Origin: Elainellaceae cyanobacterium
GTDB lineage: Bacteria; Cyanobacteriota; Cyanobacteriia; CAZCXK01
Direction: 5' to 3'
Length of the DNA stretch: 64,000 nucleotides
NCBI GenBank assembly: GCA_051117555.1
Contig: JBNPEG010000002.1
Span: 1-64,000, forward strand
Part shown: one piece after another, positions 20,724-30,796 of the stretch
Numbering within the stretch: position 1 is the first letter of the stretch
Layout: every line of letters starts with the position of its first letter
Made by a program: the position numbers and the translations under genes
Notes under the pieces: generated by a model
Told to the model about the DNA's origin: nothing
The model's database searches: none
The model's input: the letters and a program-made list of their open reading frames with translations, nothing else

Positions 20724-22727
20724 ATGGCTAACTCTTCGTCTCAGCGACGTGCGCTAGTCGTTCAACATAATTTTTCTCCGTTTGGCAACAAGCTTATCCA
20801 AGCGGGGTACATCGATAACGACCAAATGCAACAGGCATTGGTTGAAAGCCGCAAGTCGGGCCGCCCTCTGATCGATGTTCTCGAAACATTGACTGGGCAG
20901 CAACTTCCTCCCGATTTGTTACGTCAATATAAGAGGCAACAGCTATTTGAGCTCAAGATTCTCTACGGAGTTGAATCTCTCGACCCAGAACTTGACCAAA
21001 TACCATCTAATCAGCTTGGTCAGCTAATTGATACGCTGATTTCTGTTGACACCTGTCGCCGCTATCGATTGTTGCCGTTATCCCGAACTGAAACCGATCC
21101 GCCATCGGTTTTAGTCGCAATGGTCAATCCTGATGACTTAGCGGCTCAAGATGACTTGAATCGTATTCTCAGACCTCAGGGCTTGGCGTTACGGCGTATG
21201 GTAATTACGTCTGAAGATTACCAGCGGCTTATTTCCCAATATCTTGATGAAAAAGTTGAGCGCGAAAAGCAGCTTGAATTCCAATCTAAAGTCGATGTCA
21301 AGGCTGATATTGAAGAGCTAAGTTACCTAGATTTAGAAGAAGCGATAGATGACGCGGAGGCCGACCTTGGTGCGGCCCTTCAAGATGCAGAAGCCGCACC
21401 CGTCATTGCACTTGTCAACAAGATTTTAGTTAAAGCATTGCAAGAGGGAGTCTCTGATATACACGTAGAGCCTCAGGAAGAATATCTGAGGATTCGTTTC
21501 AGAAAAGATGGTGTTTTGAGGGAGGCCTTTGATCAGTTACCTAAGAAAATTATTCCAGCCGTAACGGCTCGCTTCAAAATTATTGCTAGTCTCGACATCG
21601 CTGAACGACGATTACCTCAAGATGGCCGTATTCGACGGATTTTTGATGGTCGAAAAGTTGACTTTCGAGTCAATACCCTGCCAAGCCGATATGGTGAAAA
21701 GGTTTGTTTGCGAATCTTAGACAACTCGGCAACTCAGCTAGGTCTCGACAAGTTAATCACTGAGCCTGAGACACTAAAAATTGTCACTGATATGGTTATG
21801 CGTCCGTTTGGACTGATTCTGGTAACAGGACCAACCGGATCGGGTAAAACGACAACGCTGTATTCAGCATTGGCCGAGCGCAATAGCCCCGGAGTCAACA
21901 TCAGTACAGCAGAAGACCCAATCGAATATTCATTACCAGGAATTACCCAGGTTCAGGTAATTCGTGAAAAGGGTCTGGATTTTGCCTCGATTTTGAGAGC
22001 ATTCTTGAGACAAGATCCAGACGTTATTCTGGTAGGTGAGACGCGAGATCGGGAAACTGCGAAAACCGCAATCGAAGCCGCTCTGACAGGGCACCTAGTT
22101 TTAACGACTCTTCATACCAATGATGCAGCAAGTGCGATCGCTCGTTTAGAAGAAATGGGTGTTGAATCATTCATGGTATCTAGCTCGCTAATCGGTGTAT
22201 TGGCTCAGCGACTGATGCGCCGAGTCTGTGATCAATGTAAGATCCCTTACACTCCCTCACCTGAAGACCTCGCTAGGTTCGGGCTTTCTTCGACACGAGA
22301 ATCTGATTTGACGTTTTATCGAGCCCATTCGCCTATTCCTGAGGAAATTCAAGCTGAAAGAGCCCAAGGCACACTATGCCCTAAGTGCGGCGGCGTTGGA
22401 TACAAAGGACGCTGTGGTGTATACGAAGTGATGCGTATTACCGAGAATTTGCAGACCCTAATTACCGAAGGCGCACCCACTGAGCGGATTAAGGAAGTTG
22501 CGGTTGATGAGGGAATGCAAACCTTGCTCGCCTATAGTCTGAATCTTGTAAGGCAAGGCATGACTACATTTGATGAGGTAGAGCGTGTCACTTTTACAGA
22601 CACAGGTTTAGAAGCGGAACTTAAAGCGAAACGCAAGAGTTCGCTAACCTGTCGAACGTGCGGTGCTGAGCTAAAGCCAGAATGGCTCGATTGTCCATAT
22701 TGCACAACTCCACGCTTTCAGGATTAA
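20724..22727 (+). CDS. pilB: Type IV pilus assembly ATPase PilB
   Basis: SDIHVEP, GPTGSGKTT, LRQDPD, GHLVLTTLHTN; C-terminal CxxC..CxxC tail. Confidence 0.95.
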   Translation: MANSSSQRRALVVQHNFSPFGNKLIQAGYIDNDQMQQALVESRKSGRPLIDVLETLTGQQLPPDLLRQYKRQQLFELKILYGVESLDPELDQIPSNQLGQLIDTLISVDTCRRYRLLPLSRTETDPPSVLVAMVNPDDLAAQDDLNRILRPQGLALRRMVITSEDYQRLISQYLDEKVEREKQLEFQSKVDVKADIEELSYLDLEEAIDDAEADLGAALQDAEAAPVIALVNKILVKALQEGVSDIHVEPQEEYLRIRFRKDGVLREAFDQLPKKIIPAVTARFKIIASLDIAERRLPQDGRIRRIFDGRKVDFRVNTLPSRYGEKVCLRILDNSATQLGLDKLITEPETLKIVTDMVMRPFGLILVTGPTGSGKTTTLYSALAERNSPGVNISTAEDPIEYSLPGITQVQVIREKGLDFASILRAFLRQDPDVILVGETRDRETAKTAIEAALTGHLVLTTLHTNDAASAIARLEEMGVESFMVSSSLIGVLAQRLMRRVCDQCKIPYTPSPEDLARFGLSSTRESDLTFYRAHSPIPEEIQAERAQGTLCPKCGGVGYKGRCGVYEVMRITENLQTLITEGAPTERIKEVAVDEGMQTLLAYSLNLVRQGMTTFDEVERVTFTDTGLEAELKAKRKSSLTCRTCGAELKPEWLDCPYCTTPRFQD

Positions 22728-22868
22728 AGTATCTCGATACCCCTTACGTTCGGCTATTTGGCTAAGACGCACAAAACTGAATGCAGCTTGATGCCGAATA
22801 TCTCACATCAAATCTCAAAGTAGCAAATTCTACTCTCAGAATATCCCACTCGTGTAGGAGAGAACCCA

Positions 22869-23987
22869 ATGGAAATGATGATTGAAGATTTAATGGAGCA
22901 ATTGATTGAGATGGGGGGATCAGATCTTCATCTTTCAGCTGGTATCCCTCCATATTTCAGAATTAGCGGTAAATTGACCCCCATCGGAGATGAGCCATTA
23001 ACATCTGAACAATGTCAGCGTCTCATCTTCAGCATGTTAAATAATTCTCAACGAAAAGCGCTGGAACAGAATTGGGAACTTGACTGCTCATATGGAGTAA
23101 AAGGGCTAGCCCGTTTTCGGGTCAATGTCTATAAAGATCGAGGCACTTACGCTGCATGTCTTCGAGCATTGAGTTCCAAAATTCCTAATTTTGAGAAGCT
23201 AGGCTTACCAGATATTGTTCGAGAAATGGCTGAAAAGCCAAGAGGGCTAATTTTGGTAACCGGTCCGACAGGGTCTGGTAAAACGACTACCCTAGCCGCA
23301 ATGATTGATTTAATCAATCGCACACGAGCTGAACATATCTTGACGATTGAAGATCCAATTGAATTTGTCTATGAACCCATCAAGAGCCTAATTCACCAAC
23401 GACAATTAGGAGAAGATACAAAAAGTTTCGCCAATGCCCTTCGTGCTGCACTTCGTGAAGATCCTGACATCATCTTAGTAGGAGAGATGCGCGACTTGGA
23501 GACTATTTCGCTTGCAATTTCAGCGGCGGAAACGGGTCACCTTGTCTTTGGAACGTTGCATACTAGTTCTGCATCTCAGACGGTTGACCGAATGATCGAT
23601 GTTTTTCCAGCTGAACGTCAAACGCAGGTCCGAGTTCAGCTCTCCAACTCGCTTGTTGCCGTATTTAGCCAGACCTTAGTTACCAAGCAGAATCCTAAAC
23701 CTGGTGAGTTTGGGCGAATTATGGCTCAGGAAATTATGGTTATTACTCCGGCAATCGCAAACTTGATTCGAGAGGGAAAAACGTCCCAAATCTATTCAGC
23801 GATTCAAACTGGCGGTAAGCTAGGGATGCAGACCTTAGAGAGAGTGCTGGCTGATCTTTACAAATCTGGGTCGATTTCCTTCGAGTCTGCGATGTCTAAA
23901 ACGTCTCGCCCGGATGAATTACAACGTCTCATCAATAGTGGACCCTCTCCGACTCAAAAATCGGGGGCTTATGCAGCAGCTCGCTAA
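22869..23987 (+). CDS. pilT: Twitching motility ATPase PilT
   Basis: SDLHL, GPTGSGKTT, ALREDPD, AIANLIRE. Confidence 0.96.
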   Translation: MEMMIEDLMEQLIEMGGSDLHLSAGIPPYFRISGKLTPIGDEPLTSEQCQRLIFSMLNNSQRKALEQNWELDCSYGVKGLARFRVNVYKDRGTYAACLRALSSKIPNFEKLGLPDIVREMAEKPRGLILVTGPTGSGKTTTLAAMIDLINRTRAEHILTIEDPIEFVYEPIKSLIHQRQLGEDTKSFANALRAALREDPDIILVGEMRDLETISLAISAAETGHLVFGTLHTSSASQTVDRMIDVFPAERQTQVRVQLSNSLVAVFSQTLVTKQNPKPGEFGRIMAQEIMVITPAIANLIREGKTSQIYSAIQTGGKLGMQTLERVLADLYKSGSISFESAMSKTSRPDELQRLINSGPSPTQKSGAYAAAR

Positions 23988-24144
23988 CCCTTTGCTAAAA
24001 CTAGAGTTGCTATGCGATTTCTGGCTGCTAGCAAGCGTGGGCAGCTTTAACGTTGATTCTGATGTCGATTCGTTTTCGCTGCCAAATTCCCTTTTCGTCG
24101 GCATAATTCCCCTCAATTAATCTTCATCCACTCAAGATCAAGTC

Positions 24145-25374
24145 ATGCCTACCTATGTTGTTAAAGCCCGAGATTCCAAGGGAAATCCTAAGAGACAAAA
24201 GATCACGGCTAGTTCTCCGGCTGAGGCACGCACTACCCTAAGAGAGCAGGGTTTATTTGTGCAGGAGCTGAAAGAAACTCAGGGATTTGACCCCAATAAT
24301 ATCAATCTGAGTTCAATTTCAACGGCTCTAACCAGTGTCAGTGTTAAGGATAAGGCTATCTTTTCTCGGCAGTTTGCCGTCCTTATCAATGCCGGAGTTG
24401 CTCTAGTTAGGAGTCTCGGAGTGTTGTCAGAGCAATGCTCCAATCCGAAGCTAAAGAAGGCACTTCAGGACATCAATGCAGATGTACAACAAGGGACAAA
24501 CCTCTCGGATGCGATGCGCAAGCATCCTCAATGTTTTGATGGTCTATACGTAAGCATGGTGCAAGCTGGCGAAGTCGGTGGTGTGCTCGACGAGGTGATG
24601 AATCGTCTTGCAAAACTGTTAGAAGATATCGCGCGTTTGAATAACCAAATCAAATCAGCAATGACATATCCCATTGCTGTAGGCGTTATCGCAATAACAG
24701 TATTTATCGGCATGACCGTTTTCCTGCTACCGACGTTTGCCAATATCTTTGAGGAGCTTGACGCAGAATTACCGGTATTCACTCAATTCATGTTAGGAAT
24801 CAGTTCCTTCCTGCGGACTTGGTACTACTCAGTGGGATTGATCGTCATTGTCATCGTTCTCGCCTTTGCCTATCGGCAGTACTATAGTACGCGTGTGGGC
24901 AAAGAAACCATGGATCGCCTGTACCTGAAGATGCCGTTATTCGGAGATTTGATCCAGAAGACGGCAGTAGCTCGATTTTGTAGGACATTTGGTTCTCTCT
25001 CCCGATCTGGAGTGCCGATTTTGACATCCTTAGAGATTGTCAGGGACACAGCAGGCAACCAAGTCATTGCAAATGCTGTTGATGAAGCTCGAAAAGAGAT
25101 TCAGACAGGTGGAATGATCAGTATTGCTCTTCAACGAGAACAGGTCTTTCCTATTATGGCTATTCAGATGATCAGTATCGGAGAAGAAACAGGGGAAATC
25201 GATACGATGTTGATGAAGGTTGCTGATTTCTATGAAGACGAAGTTGAGCAGGCGGTTAAAGCTCTGACTAGTATTATGGAGCCCATTATGATTGTCGTTT
25301 TAGGGGGAATGGTAGGCGCAATCTTAGTGGCAATGTACTTGCCCATGTTTAAGGTCATGGATGCCATTGGCTAA
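24145..25374 (+). CDS. pilC: Type IV pilus platform protein PilC
   Basis: Two GspF repeats, GEVGGVLD, GEETGEID, IMEP. Confidence 0.95.
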   Translation: MPTYVVKARDSKGNPKRQKITASSPAEARTTLREQGLFVQELKETQGFDPNNINLSSISTALTSVSVKDKAIFSRQFAVLINAGVALVRSLGVLSEQCSNPKLKKALQDINADVQQGTNLSDAMRKHPQCFDGLYVSMVQAGEVGGVLDEVMNRLAKLLEDIARLNNQIKSAMTYPIAVGVIAITVFIGMTVFLLPTFANIFEELDAELPVFTQFMLGISSFLRTWYYSVGLIVIVIVLAFAYRQYYSTRVGKETMDRLYLKMPLFGDLIQKTAVARFCRTFGSLSRSGVPILTSLEIVRDTAGNQVIANAVDEARKEIQTGGMISIALQREQVFPIMAIQMISIGEETGEIDTMLMKVADFYEDEVEQAVKALTSIMEPIMIVVLGGMVGAILVAMYLPMFKVMDAIG

Positions 25375-25418
25375 ATTGAAACATATGTAAGGTCCCGGAT
25401 TTTCTTCAATTCATTTTT

Positions 25419-25445
25419 TGCCCTGCCAACTGACAGGGCTTTTTA
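25419..25445 (+). terminator. Intrinsic terminator after pilC
   Basis: GCCCTG/CAGGGC stem followed by a T run. Confidence 0.55.
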
Positions 25446-25501
25446 TGTTTTATTGTTCCCGCTTTATGATTCGCCGATTTTTCTAATGTAGGTAAGTTAA
25501 T

Positions 25502-26662
25502 TTGAGTCGACTCAATCATCCAGTAGAACTTACTGATCGGACTAATGACCCTCGTGATTCTATGGATGAGTGGCGGATATTACCGCTCTCTTATTTAGAA
25601 ACGATGCGCCGAGCGCTCTTATCTTGGTATGCCGAGATGGGAAGAGATTTACCGTGGCGACATAGCCAAGATCCCTACAAGATCTGGGTGTCTGAAGTGA
25701 TGTTGCAGCAAACGCAGGTCAAGACTGTAATTCCTTATTACGAAGGCTGGTTAGAGCGATTTCCGACAATTGAAGCGTTGGCACAGGCGAGTCAGCAAGA
25801 CGTCTTAAAGGCGTGGCAAGGGTTAGGATATTACGCTCGTGCCCGCAATCTTCATCGTGCGGCTCAAGAAGTTGTCGCAACCTATGGCAATCAGTTCCCA
25901 AATCGGCTTGATGAGGCGATCGCCCTGCCAGGAATAGGTCGAACAACAGCGGGGGGGATTTTAAGTGCTGCCTATAATCAACCCACTCCTATTCTCGATG
26001 GGAATGTTAAGCGAGTCTTATCTAGAGTGACGGCACTAAAAAAACCGCCTAACAAAGCTCTAAAATTTCTTTGGCAACTTTCCACAGATCTCCTTGACCC
26101 CAAACAGCCGCGCAATTTTAATCAAGCGCTTATGGATTTAGGAGCAACGATGTGTACGCGCCAGAATCCGGCGTGTCATCAGTGTCCATGGTCTTTGTTT
26201 TGTCAGGCGTATCAACTAAATCTACAAATGGATTTACCTATGACTGAATCCCGTAGTCCGTTACCCCACAAGAATATTGGAGTCGCTGTCATCTGGAATG
26301 AGCGACAGCAAATTTTAATTGATCGTCGTCGTCAAGAGGGATTACTTGGCGGTTTATGGGAATTTCCGGGGGGGAAGATTGAACCGGGGGAAAGTGTTGA
26401 GGCGTGTATTAAGCGTGAGATTTTGGAAGAGCTTGATATTGAAATCCGAGTGGGCGATCGCTTAACGGTCATCGAACATGCCTACAGCCATTTTCGAGTC
26501 ACTCTCAACGTTCATCATTGCGCCTACCTAGGAGGAGAACCTAAACCCCTAGAATGTGACGAAATCCGTTGGGTTAACCTTGATGAAATTGACCAATATC
26601 CATTTCCTAAAGCCAATGAACGAATTATCAAAGCACTGTTCGATGCTTCCGACACTATTTGA
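25502..26662 (+). CDS. mutY: A/G-specific adenine glycosylase with C-terminal Nudix domain
   Basis: WVSEVMLQQTQV, GLGYYARARNL, LPGIGRTTA, FeS cysteines; start may be ATG 25562. Confidence 0.94.
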   Translation: MSRLNHPVELTDRTNDPRDSMDEWRILPLSYLETMRRALLSWYAEMGRDLPWRHSQDPYKIWVSEVMLQQTQVKTVIPYYEGWLERFPTIEALAQASQQDVLKAWQGLGYYARARNLHRAAQEVVATYGNQFPNRLDEAIALPGIGRTTAGGILSAAYNQPTPILDGNVKRVLSRVTALKKPPNKALKFLWQLSTDLLDPKQPRNFNQALMDLGATMCTRQNPACHQCPWSLFCQAYQLNLQMDLPMTESRSPLPHKNIGVAVIWNERQQILIDRRRQEGLLGGLWEFPGGKIEPGESVEACIKREILEELDIEIRVGDRLTVIEHAYSHFRVTLNVHHCAYLGGEPKPLECDEIRWVNLDEIDQYPFPKANERIIKALFDASDTI

Positions 26663-26757
26663 TTAGTGCCGAGATAAAGAGTGGGACGGTTACTGGAGAT
26701 TTCACAAATCATTTGGGATTGCTATAGTTGATTTAATTTTTTGCGATCGCTGACTCT

Positions 26758-28287
26758 ATGAGATATTTGAAAAACGTGATGGATTTTCGCTGGTTAAAGC
26801 GACTAAAAAATGGCGTTACGGGTTTAACAGTCGTTTCTAGTTTGATAATTTCCCTGGGTGAATCTCGTGCTGCTCAGGCTCAAGTTACAGAATATTGTCA
26901 GCTTTCGTCTGAGGCGATCGCGCAAAAACAAGCATTCCTTAGACAGGCACTCCAGGGCGATCGCAACGCGCAAAATCAATATAAAAACTTAATTAGTCAA
27001 CATTCTGAGCAGCTTAATCGCTGTCGTCATCAAAATTGGCCTCGTGAACAGGCTATTTGGGTACGGCTGTATCCGTGTGATGCCCGTCCAGGTGAATTAG
27101 ATAAACTATTCGACCAATTCGTGAATCGCGGATATAACCGGGTTTATGTGGAGGTGTTTTATGATGGGCAGGTTTTATTGCCGGCTTCTGATAATCAAAC
27201 GCCCTGGACATCAGTCATCCGCCATCCCAGATATTCAGACACCGATCTGCTTGCTCAGGCGATCGCCAAAGGTCGTGAACGCGGGCTCAAAGTTTATGCC
27301 TGGATGTTTGCGATGAATTTTGGATATTCGTACACACAAGATCCTAATCGACAAGAGGCGCTTGCGAGAAACGGACATGGACAAACAAGTGTGACTACGA
27401 ACATGTCTGCGAGTCTTGCAGGCGATGTTAACCGGGTGTCCAATGAAGTCTTTATCGACCCCTATAATCTGCGAGCCAAACAAGATTATTATCTGATGGT
27501 ACAGTCTATTCTCCGACGGCGTCCCGACGGCGTGTTGTATGATTACATTCGCTATCCACGGGGGATGGGAAGCGCTTCGGTTGCAAGCCAAGTACAGGAC
27601 TTATGGATTTATGGAACGGCGTCCCGTCAAGCGCTTAGGGATCGCGCCCTAAATCAGAAGGGAAGAGAATTAATTCAGCGATTTTTAAGTCGCGGATACA
27701 TTACAGCCGCTGACATCAGCGATCTAAATGCGCGCTTTCCCAACGAGGGAGAACCCCTATGGCAAGGACGATCATCTGGATCAGCAGACTCTAGAACTCT
27801 AGAACAATTACGTTCAATCTTGCAGACTGAACTTTGGCAGTTGAGCGTGGCTCATGCCATTCAAGGAGTGCTAGATTTTTTGTCTGTGGCAACATTGCCT
27901 GCCCAGCAACAGGGTATTCCAGCAGGCGCAGTATTTTTTCCTGAGGCAAATGCGACGGTCGGACGAGGGTATGATTCTCGGTTACAACCGTGGGATCAGT
28001 TTCCTAGCGACTTAGAATGGCATCCAATGGCCTATGGAATCTGTGGAAATACAAGCTGTATCATCGATCAAATTCAGCGCGTACTGTCTCAGGCACCTGC
28101 GGGTACTCAGACCATGCCTGTGCTTGCAGGTACGTGGGGAAGCCCCATCAGTAATCGCCCCTCGCTGGAAGCCCAAATGCAAGCTCTCCAACGAGCAGCG
28201 CCTCAGATTAATTCGGTCAGCCATTTTGCATTTTCGTGGCAAGATCCGCAATCTGACCGGGATCGCAAATTTTGCTACCTGCAATGA
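26758..28287 (+). CDS. Glycosyl hydrolase-like 10 (DUF187) family exported protein
   Basis: Signal peptide; GYNRVYVEVF, GLKVYAWM, DGVLYDYIRYP. Confidence 0.8.
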   Translation: MRYLKNVMDFRWLKRLKNGVTGLTVVSSLIISLGESRAAQAQVTEYCQLSSEAIAQKQAFLRQALQGDRNAQNQYKNLISQHSEQLNRCRHQNWPREQAIWVRLYPCDARPGELDKLFDQFVNRGYNRVYVEVFYDGQVLLPASDNQTPWTSVIRHPRYSDTDLLAQAIAKGRERGLKVYAWMFAMNFGYSYTQDPNRQEALARNGHGQTSVTTNMSASLAGDVNRVSNEVFIDPYNLRAKQDYYLMVQSILRRRPDGVLYDYIRYPRGMGSASVASQVQDLWIYGTASRQALRDRALNQKGRELIQRFLSRGYITAADISDLNARFPNEGEPLWQGRSSGSADSRTLEQLRSILQTELWQLSVAHAIQGVLDFLSVATLPAQQQGIPAGAVFFPEANATVGRGYDSRLQPWDQFPSDLEWHPMAYGICGNTSCIIDQIQRVLSQAPAGTQTMPVLAGTWGSPISNRPSLEAQMQALQRAAPQINSVSHFAFSWQDPQSDRDRKFCYLQ

Positions 28288-28341
28288 ACGAAATTAGCAG
28301 AGACAATAGTTCGATACCTCGAATGTATTTGCTTTGCGTTA

Positions 28342-30129
28342 ATGACTAGTTTTTCTCGCTCCCCCAAACCTCATCGCATCCTCGAACAAGATTATCGCGC
28401 CGATCGCCCGCTGCGTACACTGTTCCGACTCTATCGGAATGATGCTAACAACATTGGGCTATCCCTGTTTTTTTATTTAATTAAACACAGCCCCGAATGG
28501 ATTCGTCCCATTCTGATTGCTAACATCATCGATATCATTTCTGCACCAGCCGAACACGACCTATCAGAACTTTGGCTTAATGGTGGGGTGCTGGCTATTG
28601 CAGTGGTGCAAAATATTCCAACTCACTATTGGCATGTGGGCTTTATGAGTGCTGCAACACGGGGAATGGAATATAGCCTGCGATCAGCCATGACCCGACG
28701 GCTTCAAGAACTGTCGATCGGATTTTATAGACAAAATAGCAAGGGAGCCTTGCAAACCAAAATTACGCGAGATGTCGAATCAATTCATGGGCTGACGAGC
28801 TATGTATTTCAGCTGATCCCGTCTGCCGTGCTGACGATTTTTGTAGCAATTGGAGCAACTGCAATCCGGGCTCCGTGGTTCTTAATCTTTTTTGTGGGTA
28901 CAGTTCCGGTTGCGGCCACCTTAGTGCGATCGCTCCGAGGTCCAATTCGAGAAAGAAATCGTGCGTTTCGCCAGCAGATTGAGTACATGTCAGCTCGCTT
29001 GGTAGAAATGATTCAGCTTATTCCTGTAACTCGTGCCCACGGTGCAGAAGAGACCGAGATTGGTCGAATTAATGATCGACTATCGGCAGTGCGCCAAACT
29101 GCGATGCGACTCGATGCTATTAATGCGGTTGCGGGAGCATCGTCTTGGGTGACACTACGATTTTTTAATGGAGCGTGTTTAATTATTTCAGCGTGGTTGG
29201 CATACACCGGAAAGCTTGGCATCACGGTGGGCGACGTGGTGTTGCTAACGGGCTATTTTGACTCACTCACGGGAGCAGTGGTGCAAATTATGTTGGCACT
29301 GCCACAGATTGGTAAAGGGTTTGACGCGATTCGCTCGGTGAGTGAAATCATGGAATGTCCTGACCTTGAAGACAATCAAAACAAGCAGATTGTTAGCCAG
29401 GTGCAGAGGGAATTTGAATTTAAATCTGTGAGTTTCACCTATCGAGGGCACGATCAACATGCCATTCGAGATTTTTCACTACATGTGCAACCGGGAGAGG
29501 CGATCGCCATCGTCGGCCCTTCTGGGGCAGGTAAATCAACGCTGCTAAATCTCATCATCGGCTTTTTGCGACCGATGGAAGGCCGCATTCTACTCGACGG
29601 TCAAGATATGAATCGTCTCGATTTACGGACTTATCGTCAATTTCTATCGGTTGTCTCCCAAGAAACCATCTTATTTGAGGGCTCGGTTCGAGAAAATATT
29701 CTCTACGGAGCGGAATGGGTCGATGATGACTATCTCTGGCAAGCAATTCGAGATGCAAACGCAGATGAATTTGTGCGCGACTTGCCGGATCAGCTTGAGA
29801 CTCGCATTGGCGAAGACGGAATGAAGCTCTCAGGAGGACAGCGACAGCGGATTGCGATCGCCCGTGCCTTGATTCGAGATCCACGCGTGCTGATTTTGGA
29901 TGAAGCCACGGCTGCCCTTGATACAGCGACCGAGCGACAAATTCAAGCAGCTCTCGAACGCTTGATGGAAAATCGCACCTCGTTCGTCGTGGCGCACCGA
30001 TTATCAACGATCAGAAAGAGCGATCGCATCGTCGTGTTAGATAAAGGGCACATTGCGGAAGTGGGGAGTCATGACGAATTGCTGAGCCTAGACAGAATCT
30101 ATGCTCACTTGCATGGGTTGCAAGCATGA
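28342..30129 (+). CDS. ABC transporter, fused permease/ATPase
   Basis: GPSGAGKST, LSGGQRQR, ILDEATAALD; N-terminal TM domain. Confidence 0.93.
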   Translation: MTSFSRSPKPHRILEQDYRADRPLRTLFRLYRNDANNIGLSLFFYLIKHSPEWIRPILIANIIDIISAPAEHDLSELWLNGGVLAIAVVQNIPTHYWHVGFMSAATRGMEYSLRSAMTRRLQELSIGFYRQNSKGALQTKITRDVESIHGLTSYVFQLIPSAVLTIFVAIGATAIRAPWFLIFFVGTVPVAATLVRSLRGPIRERNRAFRQQIEYMSARLVEMIQLIPVTRAHGAEETEIGRINDRLSAVRQTAMRLDAINAVAGASSWVTLRFFNGACLIISAWLAYTGKLGITVGDVVLLTGYFDSLTGAVVQIMLALPQIGKGFDAIRSVSEIMECPDLEDNQNKQIVSQVQREFEFKSVSFTYRGHDQHAIRDFSLHVQPGEAIAIVGPSGAGKSTLLNLIIGFLRPMEGRILLDGQDMNRLDLRTYRQFLSVVSQETILFEGSVRENILYGAEWVDDDYLWQAIRDANADEFVRDLPDQLETRIGEDGMKLSGGQRQRIAIARALIRDPRVLILDEATAALDTATERQIQAALERLMENRTSFVVAHRLSTIRKSDRIVVLDKGHIAEVGSHDELLSLDRIYAHLHGLQA

Positions 30130-30153
30130 TTCATTGAATCTGCCAAATTTCAT

Positions 30154-30205
30154 AAAAAAACCCCCGGTTTGTGGCCGGGGGAATCAAATCAGGGTGCATC
30201 TACCA
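30154..30205 (-). ncRNA. NsiR1-like small RNA
   Basis: Minus strand TGGTAGATGCACCCTGAT followed by a CCCCCGG/CCGGGGG stem and T7. Matches my recollection of the NsiR1 5' end; TCCGGA lies about 30-35 nt upstream. Confidence 0.55.
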
Positions 30206-30209
30206 TTCC

Positions 30210-30239
30210 TTATTACTCGTTAGAGTGCCCTAATCCGGA
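30210..30239 (-). promoter_or_regulatory. DIF1-type promoter (TCCGGA at about -35)
   Basis: TCCGGA at 30234-30239 and GTAATA in the -10 region of the putative sRNA. Confidence 0.5.
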
Positions 30240-30547
30240 CAACTTTAACTAAATCGAGAAAATTCATGTTGAATCGGGGTGCACCCTGATCGAGGCGAAT
30301 CATCGATTCACCACACCCTATAGCAATTTTCAAGTGCGCTAAGTACAGAAATGGTGGTGTGAGTCGCGCCGCGCCCCACACCACCGTGCTTAACTCAATC
30401 GCATACCGCTATATAATTTTGTTCCCCGAAATGGGATGGGCTGATGCTAAGATTCATCAGGTGAATGACTTTCGCTCCTCGTAATTGATCGGGAGCAGTT
30501 TGTTCAAGTATCAGAACTATGAACGGGTTTATTGAGTCGGAGTAGTA

Positions 30548-30742
30548 ATGGACATCGGTCAGAAAGTGCGCGTGCGTCGATTGCGAGATCGAACCTCTCA
30601 GGACATAATTCAACGCCTAGGGCAGGTTGGCGTGATTCAAGATTATAAAATGGTGGATGGTAGCGGAGTAGGTGTCGTCGTTCAATTTGACGACAAGTTT
30701 TCTACGTGGTTCTTTGAAGATGAACTGGAGCCGACTCAGTAA
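30548..30742 (+). CDS. petP: Cytochrome b6f subunit PetP (DUF2862)
   Basis: IGQKVRVRRLRDR...KMVDGSGVGVVVQFDD...WFFEDEL. Confidence 0.88.
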   Translation: MDIGQKVRVRRLRDRTSQDIIQRLGQVGVIQDYKMVDGSGVGVVVQFDDKFSTWFFEDELEPTQ

Positions 30743-30796
30743 GCAGACTCTATTGGGTGACTGCCGCGCGACGTTTAGAGACAATTTAATTTTGCA

